Source: Podarcis pityusensis (Eukaryota). From it: a stretch of DNA of 64,000 nt. The notes below the pieces were generated by a model. It had not been told where the DNA came from and searched no databases. It was given only the letters and a program-made list of their open reading frames with translations. The stretch's first letter is position 1. Each line of letters starts with the position of its first letter. Shown here in pieces: positions 52,185-64,000 of the stretch. Location: assembly GCA_964106645.2 (NCBI GenBank), contig OZ067039.1, one strand, 5' to 3'. The position numbers were made by a program, and so were the translations under genes.

Positions 52185-53550
52185 CTAGAACAGGTAATAC
52201 ACACAACTATTAAGCAATTTCTTCTATTAACCTACATTCTGATCCTATAGAAAAATTTGGGAGTTGAGATCCATGGAGTTGAAAGAAAAACAGTAGTGTC
52301 CAATTCATTTCAGAATGTGAATCACTTTGAATTTCTTCTTTGATACATTCAACAGGAAAAGATGTATAATCCCTACATAATTCCCCAATCCACCAACTAT
52401 AGATTAGTAGCTTTGGTAGGCAAATGGTCAGGCAATCAAAAGTGAACAACAGTTTCACTTTCTGGGTCAAATCCTGGAAGTGACATGTGGATAATGGAGA
52501 CAGAGAAAAATCCTGAGTGAGCCAATAGTAAAATGTTTATGAAATACTAGAACACAATCTAAAAATGATCTTGAATTTGCTTATTAGTAATTAGTATTCA
52601 AAGTAATGCTGCACTGTTGTGGAATTTTCTCCATTCTCACAGTTTCAACATAATAGAACAGTCATTAATTCTGTGGCCTACTTAAAATTGCAAACCATTC
52701 CTTAATTTCTCTCACTGTTCATAGCCCTGAAAATACAAATATTATAAAACAGACCAATAAGTGCTTCTCAGACTTTGTTACCATAACAAGACTCATGTCC
52801 TCTTTTTTCCTTCTTTGGGACACCAACTATCTTAATTCAACATATCTCAATCGTGAAGGCAACAATCACATGACCAGCATCATCATCATCATCATCATAT
52901 TTTTTTATTTATACCCCGCCCTCCCCAGCCAAGGCCAGGCTCAGGGCGGCTATATAACATATAACTCATTCAGCCTATGGCAGCTCTGCTAAAAGTCAGG
53001 TGTGGCTGACAAACAATGCAACAGAGGCAGATTCAGGGGAGTGTGACCAGTTCACCCACACTGGGTGCTGAGCTGAGAGGGTGTTGCAAGGGGCACCACA
53101 AAAATAATGAACAACAGAAGGCATGAGGGTGCCAAATGTTGGTGTTGCACAGGCACCACTTTGAGAAGCTCAAAGTCCACCTCTGCAATGCAACTGGCAT
53201 GGGCTGAAACTGTTGTGAATAAGTATCACATTGACCTTTCATTTAATAATATGACTGAATTCCCAGAGTAAGCTAAAATTCTCAAGTCAAATCAAATTAT
53301 GCAACCTGTGTACATTAGGCAGGTTTATTCTGTTTACACTAGTTTATTCTGTTTATACTAGTGGGATCTGGGAATCTAATATATGTACAAAATGATAAGC
53401 AAGTAACTAATGGGGAATAATAATTGTATACCTGTAGGTATCTATGGCAGCTCTCCTAACTACTCAGTGTGGGGTGGCATATTGCTAGCCTATAGTTTTT
53501 GCTACATGTAAAATAATAATAAACATTCTAAAAAAAGTAATCATTCTTAC

Positions 53551-53692
53551 TTTCACAATAACTGGGCCACTCTGAGACACGTTAATGTGAACTGTTCTTT
53601 TTTCATCCATCTCTTTATTATTGTCTCTGAATTTTGAAAGAAAATTCAACTTTGCTTCTTGTAGTAATTTGGATTTCAATTCTGGTAAGAAT
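53551..53692 (-). CDS. CDKL3: CDKL3 exon (142 nt; (K)FLPELKSKLLQEAKLNFLSKFRDNNKEMDEKRTVHINVSQSGPVIVK)
   Basis: Similar to human FMPELKAKLLQEAKVN; GT-AG boundaries. Confidence 0.95.
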
Positions 53693-53738
53693 CTGATAAT
53701 GGAAAGTGCATTTATATCAACAAGCGTATACAAACAAA

Positions 53739-54420
53739 TTCTAGAGGAGTAGTCATGCTAGTCTCCTGTAGCAAGAACAGCAACAAAGAGTCTTACGGCA
53801 TCTTCACAACAACACATTTATTATGGCATAAGGTTTTTTGGACTACAGCCTATTTCATCAGGTACCTGAAGTTGTATCCCAGGTAGCAGGTATATGTCTG
53901 ATTCAAATGGGGAGGGAGTGTAAACAGGTGAAAAGGAAAGGAAATACTTAAAAGTACAGATTATGGGTAAATTATATTATGAGTGGTCATTCACAAAAAG
54001 TAGTTGCTAATCCAGGCATTGGGAAGCCAATTAACACATGTGTTAAAATCCTTTACGCTGATTCAATCCACAACTGATACCACTGAATTGCCTGACGTAT
54101 TATGATTCAACAGTTTCATGTTGCAGTCTTCCTTTGAAGTTCCTTTGTTCAATGATGACTACCTTAAGAACCATCACAGAATGGCCTGGGTCTGAAATAT
54201 CCCTCCACTGGCTTTTCCATATTGCCATTTTAGTTATCTGGTCTGCCTATTTATTATCTTTCAAAGACACCAACCTGTTTATCCTATGCAGAATGCCAAC
54301 CATGCTCACTATGGTCCACAAAAGCTTATGCCGGTTTGTAATACATTTGCTAGCCTTTAGGGTCCCACAAGACTCCGTTGTTTTTGCTGCAACGGATTAA
54401 CACAACTGCCCTTCTGGAAT
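53739..54420 (-). mobile_element. Penelope-like element remnant with inverted terminal repeats
   Basis: Minus-strand decayed GIY-YIG C-terminal trace (PGHSVMVLKVVIIEQRNFKGRLQHETVE...CGLNQ) at 54055-54190; ends 53739-53870 and 54310-54420 are imperfect inverted copies. Confidence 0.75.
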
Positions 54421-55466
54421 ATATTTAGCAGAACTAGAAAACATGCCAACCACAACACATCTGTTCTACATCTTAGCTGTGGCCCTAAAGGCAAATACTT
54501 TAAAGACCACTTGCTTATAAGTGCATTGTGTTCCATGTCAAATGTTTATTTCTCATTGCAAACCATATTCCAACTTTCAAGTTCTATTTCAGCCTTCATA
54601 AATTATGCACCGGTCTATTTATTGTATTCTAAAGATCAAGCATTCTTTCTTGACATGGAACTTTAACAAAGCCCCTTTGAGGTTTGAGAAAACAGAACAA
54701 ATGCCTAGAAAGATTTGCAACAAATTTGTTCTTTTTTGCCTAATGCTTGACAAGATGATTAAGTCAAGAAAAACAGTATCATAGTGACTGATTGTCCATT
54801 TAGCTGAAAATCATAACACAGAATGATCTAAAAATACATGTACTAAAGTCCTATTGATATGAATGGAATTTATTTCAAACTACATGTCCTTAGAATTGCA
54901 ACCTTAAGGTCCAAATCCATGAGTCAGATGTATGAATTGGAAACAGCCTTCTACACATGGATTGTCCTTCTGGCTCTCCCCCACCCCCCAAAAAACACAC
55001 AAATTGCCACCTGGAGCCAAGAATATACAAGCACTTAGGATGTGTGTGTTCTGTACAACATCCCTACCTCTGAATAGATTCTGACCACGTCAGGCTTTAA
55101 AGTGTCAGCCACTTGCTGAAGTAGGTGACAGTAAATCTGTGCATCCCGTTGCCCTTCTCAAAAGGTGATTTACACTACCCCACTTGTGAGCATTTATCTT
55201 TTAATGATGGAGATTCTAATGAGCTTTGATCATTCAGAGACACAGCTGCAGTACATAGTGGGGGCTTTTTTTGTAGCAGTAGTTAATTTTCAGAAACTTA
55301 AATTCAATTTACACAGCATCCGATGTGCAAAAACACAGGCCCCCCAAGCTGCCCTGTGCCTAAATATTGCTCCTGGCACCCAGCTGACTGAAGAGCTTAG
55401 GTAGCAAGTTTCTCCCATGTGTGCTGATGTGTATGAGAGTTGGCTTTCTCTTCCTACTGTGTTACA

Positions 55467-55551
55467 CCACAATCCTACCCATGTCTCGGCAGAAGTCCTA
55501 ATGAATTCAATGGATCTTACACCCAGGTAAATGGGATTAAGATTGCAGCCG
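55467..55551. mobile_element. Short palindromic squamate MITE; related copies at about 54823-54905 and 62170-62250
   Basis: cacaatccta ... aagtcc ... ttcaatgg ... cttac ... ggtaa ... gattgcagcc hairpin pattern repeated in the window. Confidence 0.6.
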
Positions 55552-55844
55552 TGGTTCCTAAATGGAAGTAGGAGTCACTGTTTGAATGAAGGGACTCCAA
55601 TTCTGAGGCTGTGATTTTCAGGTTAGTTTGAGCCCTGATACCTTTCAGTTAAGCATAGCCTGGAAAAAGGATGGTGGAGACAAACCAGAGCAGGACTTCT
55701 ACTTGATGGTGAGTTGACACATCAATCTCATCTTCCTTCCAAGCTGGCTCCTAGAAGATCGGATCAGATTGGCTCCTATGTTTTGCAAAATCATTTGCAC
55801 TCCTGAACATTGTCACAGCGTTGTTAAGAGCTTTTTAATGTATA

Positions 55845-56086
55845 CAGTGGTACCTCGTGTTATGTACTTAATCCGTTCCGGAAGTCCATTAATAACAGGA
55901 AACCGCTTGTAACATGAGGCGTGCTTTCTCTAATGGCGCCTCCTGCTGCTGCCACGCCACTGGAGCACGACTTCCACTCACATCCCGGGGCAAAGGTTGC
56001 AACAAGGGGCATCTACTTCCAGGTTAGCGGAGCGCGTAACCCGCAGCATTCGTAAGGGAAACGGTATGTAACATGAGGTACCGCTG
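55845..56086. mobile_element. Tc1/mariner-type MITE
   Basis: TA-flanked; TIR cagtggtacctcgtgtta ... taacatgaggtaccgctg. Confidence 0.9.
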
Positions 56087-56186
56087 TATTCACAATTCTT
56101 CCTGGTTAATGCAGGAGCCATCAGTCACATCTCAAGCACTGGCCAACATGGTGTTGAGACATTTGAACAGTTACAATCACACAGTA

Positions 56187-56531
56187 CAGTGGTGCCCCGC
56201 AAGACGAATGCCTCGCAAGACGGAAAACCCGCTAGACGAAAGGGTTTTCCGTTTTTCGATGCGCTTCGCAGGACGAATTTCCCTATGGGCTTGCTTCGCA
56301 AGGCGAAAATGTCTTGCGAGTCTTGAGATTTTTTTCCGCTCCCCCCCCATTTCTAAGCCGCTAAGCCGCTAATAGCCTTTTAGCAGCTAAGCCGCTAAGC
56401 CTTTAATAGCCGCTAAACCGCTAATAGCGCTAATCCGCTAAGCCACTAATAGGGTTGCTTCGCAAGACGAAAAAACTGCTAGACGAAGACACTCGCGGAA
56501 CGGATTAATTTCGTCTTGCGAGGCACCACTG
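56187..56531. mobile_element. Tc1/mariner-type MITE, CpG-rich subfamily with internal gctaagcc/gctaatagc repeats
   Basis: TA-flanked; TIR cagtggtgccccgcaagacgaa ... ttcgtcttgcgaggcaccactg. Confidence 0.92.
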
Positions 56532-56777
56532 TAGTTACATTTGAAACGGCAGTATTTTGCATTTCAAACCTAGTAAGAAAATCCGGTTTCCCAAAAAGTA
56601 AGTATTTGAGCATAGGGAATGTGCAGTATCTCACCAATAGAAGCATTACTATAGGTGGAGACGTTTTGATTCCTCCCTCACGCCTAACAAATTATTTGCA
56701 TGTATTTGTCATGAAAAATGTCAATCATCTTGAAAGGCTCTCATAGAAAAATCCAAAGCCTGAGGTCATGTCACTTA

Positions 56778-56867
<90 letters not shown>

Positions 56868-59309
56868 CTAAAAAATAATGGAACAATTATTTTAGAAGGC
56901 AGCATTTCTAAAAGCTTATATAATATTATCCAGGGGGGAAATGTGTATAATAAAATGTGTACTATATAACATTTATTATTTATTAATAAGTGAAATAAAC
57001 AAAAAAGGAAAGCATATTGATATTGTTATTTAACAATTTTAAGGAATATTAGCATATTTTCTACACACAGTCATTTTGCCATTTTATTACTGTAGCAAAT
57101 AAATCTCTCTTGATTACTGTAAAAATAGAGCTGAAATTCCAGTTGAGAAATTTTGTTTCATAGTACTTAAAATAAAAGATAAATATATTTTTTCTGATCT
57201 TTGAAATCTCCCTTCTTCCAATAATGTGGTACTTCAGGTACCCAGACCCCTTTTATAGCAAAAGAACTATATAACCACTGATTATTTACTGTATTACATG
57301 GGATCCAGCCATTCTGCCTACAGGAAACATAACTTGAATTTTCCCAACACAGCATGTTATTTTTGGAAAAACGCAATGCTTCCCCCAGCTAGCAGAACCA
57401 TTGAGTTTTGGAATGCTGTCTGAACTTTATTTGGAAGGGCTGTGAGCATTTATTGGAGAGTGCCTGTGAAAGCAATATAACAGAATAACAACCATGTAAA
57501 GAATGCAGCTTACATGAAAGTTAAAACAAAAGGCCAAAGAAGTAGTTATGATTACTGCATCAAAAGGAAGCATGTTGGCCTTTAATCAAATTAATAGTTG
57601 ATGCAATGCAGGAAGATTTCATCAGGATCGCAGAACATACAGAAGGGAGACACTTCTTTTGGACCCAATACACAATATGTTCTTTCTAGAAAAATGCAAT
57701 AGTACTTTCACTGGGATTTTGAGTGCTATTTTTGCGTATAAATTTGTTGTGTGATTTATTTTATGATGTATCATGCTATGGTATCCATACGTATGAAAGG
57801 TGAGCTACCAAAACGTCCCCCTCACAGTGCTATTGTGCAGGGGAGCGGAAGCTCCCATTGGTGCCAATTAGAGCTTTTTCAGGACTAATAGCTGTATGGA
57901 GCAGTTAATTTTTATCACTATCATAGCTAGGGGTGGAAGGATTAAACCTCCCATCCTCATGTGCTGAGGTCCCAATGAAAAAATCCCCAACACCATTAAA
58001 AAAAACCCAAACCTGACAACCTTCCCTAGTGATTTATTTGTCATAATATGTAATTTGGCTCTAAGTCAAGAAAAAGTGTGGAGAGTCCTCTTAAGGCTTC
58101 TCCCTCTTTTCCTTGAGTCTTCTACTGTATATGAATCACTGGACACCTGACATCACCCAGATTGTCAGATGGATGGGAGTGACACAGCACCAGCAAAACT
58201 GAAGGATGGAGTGGCTATCATGCCATTGCCTTTGTACAGGAAAAACTGTACCACCAAGATTAAAATGAAATCGTGGTATGCTTTGAACTGAGTAAGACTC
58301 ATGCTTTAAAAAAAAAAAAAAATTCTAGCAGAAGCTTCTCATCTTCTTCCATGACAGAAAAATACTTTGTGCACACAAAAGCTACTTTGAGCTTTTTAAA
58401 AGAAGAGTGAATACAATTAATGGAAATTGGAAAATTGATCTGGTTGCCAGGACCCTGGAAATTAAAACAACAAAATGTGCCAGCTCTCTGTTTACAAAGG
58501 TGTTGCTCTGAATGAATTAATATCTAAAAGTATGCAGCTCACGGAGCAGCTAATTCATATTTATACCTTGCTAATTCATATTTATTCTTTGTTAAGCTGT
58601 TTGCTTGCAAGTGGTGAGGGCAGATCCCCAATGAAAAGTAATGATTAGGAGGGTTCCCTCTCCCGGTGGACAATTTACCTGCAAGGAAGGGGGTCTATGG
58701 TCAGTGCTCAACAGGGGGGTAGCCTGGCGGGAAAGGGATCTGCAGTTTTGAGTTGGGGGAGAAGGATGAGCACTCTGTAGTTAGCTGGACTGGAAGGAAG
58801 CAGCCTGGGAGACAGCGAGTTTGCCTAAAGTTGTTTTGGGGATGTCAAGCAAGAACACCAGGCTTCCTGCCTGTCATTGAGAGTGACATACCTCTTCCAC
58901 GTGCTCAGCTTGCACCTTTGTAAATACAACAGCTATCACAAGGACAGTGTAAGTTTCCAGGGCTCTCTTCCAAAGAAAATGAAACTGTCCTTGGAACTTC
59001 TGATTCCTCAAAGAAGTGAGGAGCATGCAAGCCTATTTTTCTGGAGCAATGCTGCCCATCAGCCAGCTGCTCCATATTTATCAAGGAGCAAATGTTGCCT
59101 AACATTATATAATTGGCCCACATAGCACACTGTTCAGGCAGGAGTAGCTGTTTTGGGATGATGCTATGGCAAATCAAAGTTTTATTCCTTAATCTTTATT
59201 GTGCTTTTGAGCAGAAATATAACTTAATGGACTCAGTCCAATACTTTTGTAAGTTTAACACAAAGGCATCCAATGAGCAACATAGCTGTCACTTTCTTTG
59301 CACAAAATA

Positions 59310-59664
59310 CAGTGGTGCCTCGCAAGACGAAATTAATTCGTTCCGCGAGTTTTGTCGTCTTGCGATTTTTTTTGTCTTGCAAAGCACGGTGTTGGGAAAG
59401 TTTTGGAAAAGCTTCAAAAATCACCAAAGTCTTTAAAAACCTCAAAAAAGGCTACCACACCGCGTTCTATGAGTTGCTCCTCGAAGTCAAGTCGCAACTG
59501 TATTAACGGTGTTAAGAAAAAGGAAACAAACTTGCAAGACGTTTCCGTCTTGCGAAGCAAGCCCATAGGGTAAATCGTCTTGCGAAGCAGCTCAAAAAAC
59601 AAAAAACCCTTTCATCTAACGAGTTTTTTGTCTTGCGAGGCATTCGTCTTGCGAGGTACCACTG
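59310..59664. mobile_element. Tc1/mariner-type MITE, same subfamily as 56187-56531, opposite orientation
   Basis: TA-flanked; TIR cagtggtgcctcgcaagacgaa ... ttcgtcttgcgaggtaccactg; subterminal arms are reverse complements of those of the 56187 copy. Confidence 0.92.
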
Positions 59665-61182
59665 TACTTTGCTTGTATCGCCAGCATTGTTTAATATGGA
59701 ACAGAACTGTGTAACAAACTGAAGATGCCATAGCATCTCCATGTTTGGCCAGTGCCATTATTGGTTCATGAATACTATCATTCTGTGACTTACAGAACCT
59801 TGACTTCATTAACCTTTCACAGAATAAATAAGAGCCTTCATTTTCTAAAAACCAATCCTATCACTGCTAAAGAAATTACTGCTGGTAAGGACACTTTATC
59901 ATGGCATGTCTTGTTATGTTTGTGAATCGAATACTTTAGACTTTTGTTCATGTATGAATAATAGCAGTGCAATGCACATCATTGCAAGCATGCCTGGCAT
60001 TGCTGTTGTCATGAATGATTTGTTACATTTGTAATGGCACCTTCTTCAACATTTACATAATTCTCTATTAAAAAATGACTTCAAGCTAAGATCTGACAAA
60101 CAAACACTGCCTAGAAGCATGTTTGCAGAAACACATCAGAGAAAAAGAATAGGAAAATGCATTTTGCAATTAAAATATTACAAGGAACCCTAATGGAACA
60201 TCTTTCAAGATGACACCAGGAAATACAGGGTGACTGATTTATTTACACTGATGTTGTTCTCATTTTGATTGAATTGGGCTTGACTATAATAGCATGCTTC
60301 AAAATTTCAACTAGATCTTCCAGTACAATTTACCACAGCTGAGCCATTGCAAACCCTATTTTGGAGCCAGGATACTGTTTGGCCCAGTGACCATGCAACA
60401 AAAGCCAGTGTTGCTGTGATTGCTCTGAGCAATGTTTCAAGTGACAAAGACCAGGCTCGGATAAGACAACTGATGCCACATTGCAGGCCAGTCACAGCGG
60501 CCTTGGCAGTTCTTTCATAGCCACTACCAGACAAAACAACCATGGGGTTTAGAAGGCTCATCAAGTGCAGTACTGTTGTGTATCAACCCAACTGAAGTTT
60601 GTTCCAATTCAGCAATAAACAGCGGGTTTTCCCAGGGACAGTGGTGGTGGTGGTGGGGAACCATTCTCATACCCATGCCTAAAAATCACAGACTGTGCCT
60701 AGAAATTATGCCACTAACAGAAGTGTGGACAAGCCCTTAGTTACTGAACTTACATTTGTAAGCATACCCATAGCTCCAATTGATTCCATTGTAGGGTTGC
60801 CTACATTAGCAATGTAGATACACGTAATAAGCCATTTAAAATTCAACAGAATCCTTCAGAGGATTAAACTGCTGAATGAAGTTCTTAGGTCTCTTATTTC
60901 AACCATAAAAACTCTCATAAAGATTCTTTCTTCCTGAATTTAGATTCTAATGGACAGATTCTACTTGAAAATAATGTATTTAGGATAACACCCAGAGAAT
61001 AGCATGCAACATGGAATTAGTTGTTGTCATAAGGAAAAACAGCTTATACTTTAGGAAATTTAACATTCTCTTTGATAAAGACCTTATCAAAAAGTTGCCT
61101 TAAAATTTTGCTCTTAAACTTCTGCCAAAGAATTTAAATAAATTTGAAGGTGTGTGTTTTTTAAAAACAACCGCACCAGTTA

Positions 61183-61332
61183 CCGTATTTTTCTGTGTAT
61201 AAGACTAGGTTTTTTTACCCAAAAAGTAGGTTTAAAATCGTCTTAAACATGGGTAGTGCTTCCTTAATTTTGAGTCCCCCAAAATAGGAGGCGTCTTATA
61301 TATGGGGGCGTCTTATATACAGAAAAATACAG
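61183..61332. mobile_element. pogo/Tc2-like MITE
   Basis: TA-flanked; TIR ccgtatttttctgtgtataagac ... gtcttatatacagaaaaatacag. Confidence 0.85.
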
Positions 61333-61829
61333 TATTTCCTAATATAAGAGAATGAATGGTAGGTTCAATCATCAAAAAACAGAGCATCACACACATTGCC
61401 CATACCAAATGAACTCAAAGGCACAAAATAGTTGTTCAGTGTGGTAAAACAATAGTTTAAAATGAAACAGATTTTTGTCTGTGAAATACAGTAAATAAGT
61501 GTGGCTTTCTTAACCTTCTGGCATTTAAGCTTTTAGGATAAACTTTTCTTTAACAGCAGCAGGAGAGAAATTAGAAAAATGAAACCTCATGGTCCTACCA
61601 AGAGATTCTGAAATGTATAAAAGTGATAATTAATGAGGCCTGGACAGAGATTTCAAGTAATCCACATAGCCTACTTATCATCTGTAGTGGGGGAGTCAAT
61701 GAGAAAGCAGGGGTGTGGGGGTGGGGAGTCGGGATACCACAGGTCTGTAGGTCAATCCTAAATACACAGAAACACTGATATGTCAATTACAGAACACAAA
61801 CTATACCAGGCTACAAATAATGATCATCA

Positions 61830-62039
<210 letters not shown>

Positions 62040-62369
62040 TCAGATAAAAGGTACATTTTGTTGACAAAAATCAATTGAATTTCAGGTGCACTCCTGACAC
62101 TTTGAAAAACAGAGCATGCTTCTTATGACTGAAATTGACAAAACGTTCACACACATTTAATTATGCTAACAGTGCAATCCTATACAGAAGTAAGGTCCAC
62201 AGAGTTCAGTAGGACTTACTTCAAGGTAAATGTATATAGGATTGTAACCTAAAATAATATTGGTGAGGATCTTAACGTAATTGTACTTAAGACTCATTCA
62301 ACACAACACTTGTGTAAAAAAGCCCGGCCCTCTTGTCCCTCTACTTTGCTCAAGTGAGGCAAGCACATT

Positions 62370-62587
62370 CAGTGGTACCTCGGGTTAAGTACTTAATTCG
62401 TTCTGGAGGTCCGTTCTTAACCTGAAACTGTTCTTAACCTGAGGTACCACTTTAGCTAATGGAGTCTCCCGCTGCCACCGCCATGCGATTTCTGTTCTCA
62501 CCCTGAAGCAAAGTTCTTAACCTGAGGTACTATTTCTGGGTTAGCAGAATCTGTAACCTGAAGCGTCTGTAACCCAAGGTACCACTG
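62370..62587. mobile_element. Tc1/mariner-type MITE
   Basis: TIR cagtggtacctcgggttaa ... gtaacccaaggtaccactg; right TA intact, left mutated to TT. Confidence 0.9.
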
Positions 62588-63462
62588 TACTCCAACCAGT
62601 TCCTGCAAACCCAGAATAGGTTAGCAACTCCGCATGCAGACCTAATCTCGTCAAATTATTTAACGTTTATTAGGAATATGGAAAGCAACGGGAAAAAGCA
62701 GAATTAGCTCAAATCGATGTACAAACTTCAATCCTTCTTCATTCCCAAACTTCAACAACAAGATATTTGCTCCAAAAGGGGAAAAATAGTTGGAATACTA
62801 AGGGCACACTGCTGTAATGCCAGCTGAGAGTATAAGATTTAGTAGGGGCTCTGCTCTATCAATGGAACACAAGATACACAGCAACACAGAACACCTCAAG
62901 GCTTTTCTGTCACAACAATAAACTGGTGGAGAGTCTAAAATGGAGTGCAGTCATGTGTAGGACAAGGCAGCAGGAGGGAGGACCACACTTATAATGTATT
63001 GTATACCTCTGATCTATGGAGACTCCTGCGTCAACAGTATAACTTTACACCAGCCTCTAGACCTCGCATAATAATTTCCCTTGAAATGATTCCAATAGAA
63101 AGGGGTCAATATGTTAAAAGCCACCCCGTATCCATGGCCATCCCTCCTACACTGCCACTAGAGAACTCAGGATATGTTATAACTCAACACCTAATCATAA
63201 CACTAGTATATAAACTATATTGTCATTTATTTAAGACGTAATGTATGTAGCACTTGACTCCATGGGTCTCTAAGCAATGTACAGGTAAGATCCACTGAAA
63301 TAAGTAATTCAGACAAACATGTTTAAAAGTGCATGATCTAAGTGTTCTAATTTAATAAAACTGTGGGGATATTGTTTTTGTTTCTTACTATGTTATATAT
63401 TTTTGTGTTTTTAATATTCTAAACTACCCTGTGATCCTTAGATTATGGAGGTATAGACATTT

Positions 63463-63513
63463 AGTAAAGTAAAGTAAAGTAAAGTAAAGTAAAGTAAAGT
63501 AAAGTAAAGTAAA
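63463..63513. repeat. (AAAGT)n pentanucleotide microsatellite at the end of an L2-like tail
   Basis: Direct observation. Confidence 0.9.
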
Positions 63514-64000
63514 TTTACTTATGGAGAAATGGAGGAGCAATCTGCTCAGCTGCTCAGGAGGACCAAACTAGAAAAGACTGCAGTAAATCTCCTGGATCTT
63601 TTATTTTATTTTCTCTAAATGTAAAAGCAATTTGGCTGGTGATGAGGGGGGCAAAATGGATCACTGCTACACCACCGGGAGTGAGAGGGAAGTTAACATT
63701 TTCTCATACGCCAGTTTCCTGATCCAAACGCTCCCTCCTTCACCCAAAGCTGCTCTTTGCATCAAAGGAGAACACAGACAGAACTACTGAACTGTAGAGA
63801 AGGTTATGTTGAGCAGATTCCTTCTAGAATTCTGTCTGTAGCTTTTGATGGCAAATGATTTCTTTTTTTTTTAGGTGAATAATATATTTCCTCCACTTCC
63901 CTTAATTAAGAAATGGTGATTTAAAGCCCAAACCTTGTGTAGAGATGTACAAAGGCTAATTATTGAGCTTAGAGTAGCAATGAACAATATTTTACTACAA

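Noticed and set aside
56353-56450. Short repeat array that might suggest CRISPR
   Set aside because: Eukaryotic context, 8-9 nt units without unique spacers, internal to a MITE.
57259-57441. Apparent plus-strand exon nested in a CDKL3 intron
   Set aside because: The frame closes at TGA (57421-57423) before the putative donor; no recognisable homology.
58160-58290. Faint resemblance to a lipase class 3 N-terminal segment (DGWE...GYHAIAF...EIVV)
   Set aside because: Two in-frame stops and no downstream GHSLG motif found; likely chance.
60315-60620. Plus-strand acceptor, short open frames and AATAAA
   Set aside because: No upstream partner exon or homology; insufficient evidence.

Overview
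Vertebrate (squamate, probably lacertid lizard) genomic DNA, not prokaryotic. It holds three co-oriented minus-strand genes in the conserved SKP1-PPP2CA-CDKL3 order known from human 5q31. SKP1 is represented by its 5' half (non-coding exon 1 plus two coding exons; the rest lies left of the window). PPP2CA is complete (7 exons, 309 aa PP2A catalytic subunit alpha). CDKL3 is represented by its last 8 exons; the N-terminal kinase exons lie right of the window. All exon boundaries were located by hand at GT-AG sites and the reading phases are mutually consistent. Two CpG islands mark the SKP1 and PPP2CA promoters. Introns and intergenic DNA carry typical squamate repeats: Sauria SINEs, BovB/RTE, CR1, L1, L2, Penelope, solo LTRs, and many Tc1/mariner, hAT and Harbinger-type MITEs. 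I found no demonstrable novel biological system. The best leads are: (i) phase compatibility allowing in-frame CDKL3-PP2Ac and PP2Ac-SKP1 read-through chimeras; (ii) a candidate divergent two-exon microprotein gene or lncRNA from the SKP1 promoter; (iii) a signal-peptide-like small ORF between PPP2CA and CDKL3; (iv) an inverted MITE pair bracketing a CDKL3 exon; (v) alternative CDKL3 C-termini. All are inferences needing RNA or comparative data.
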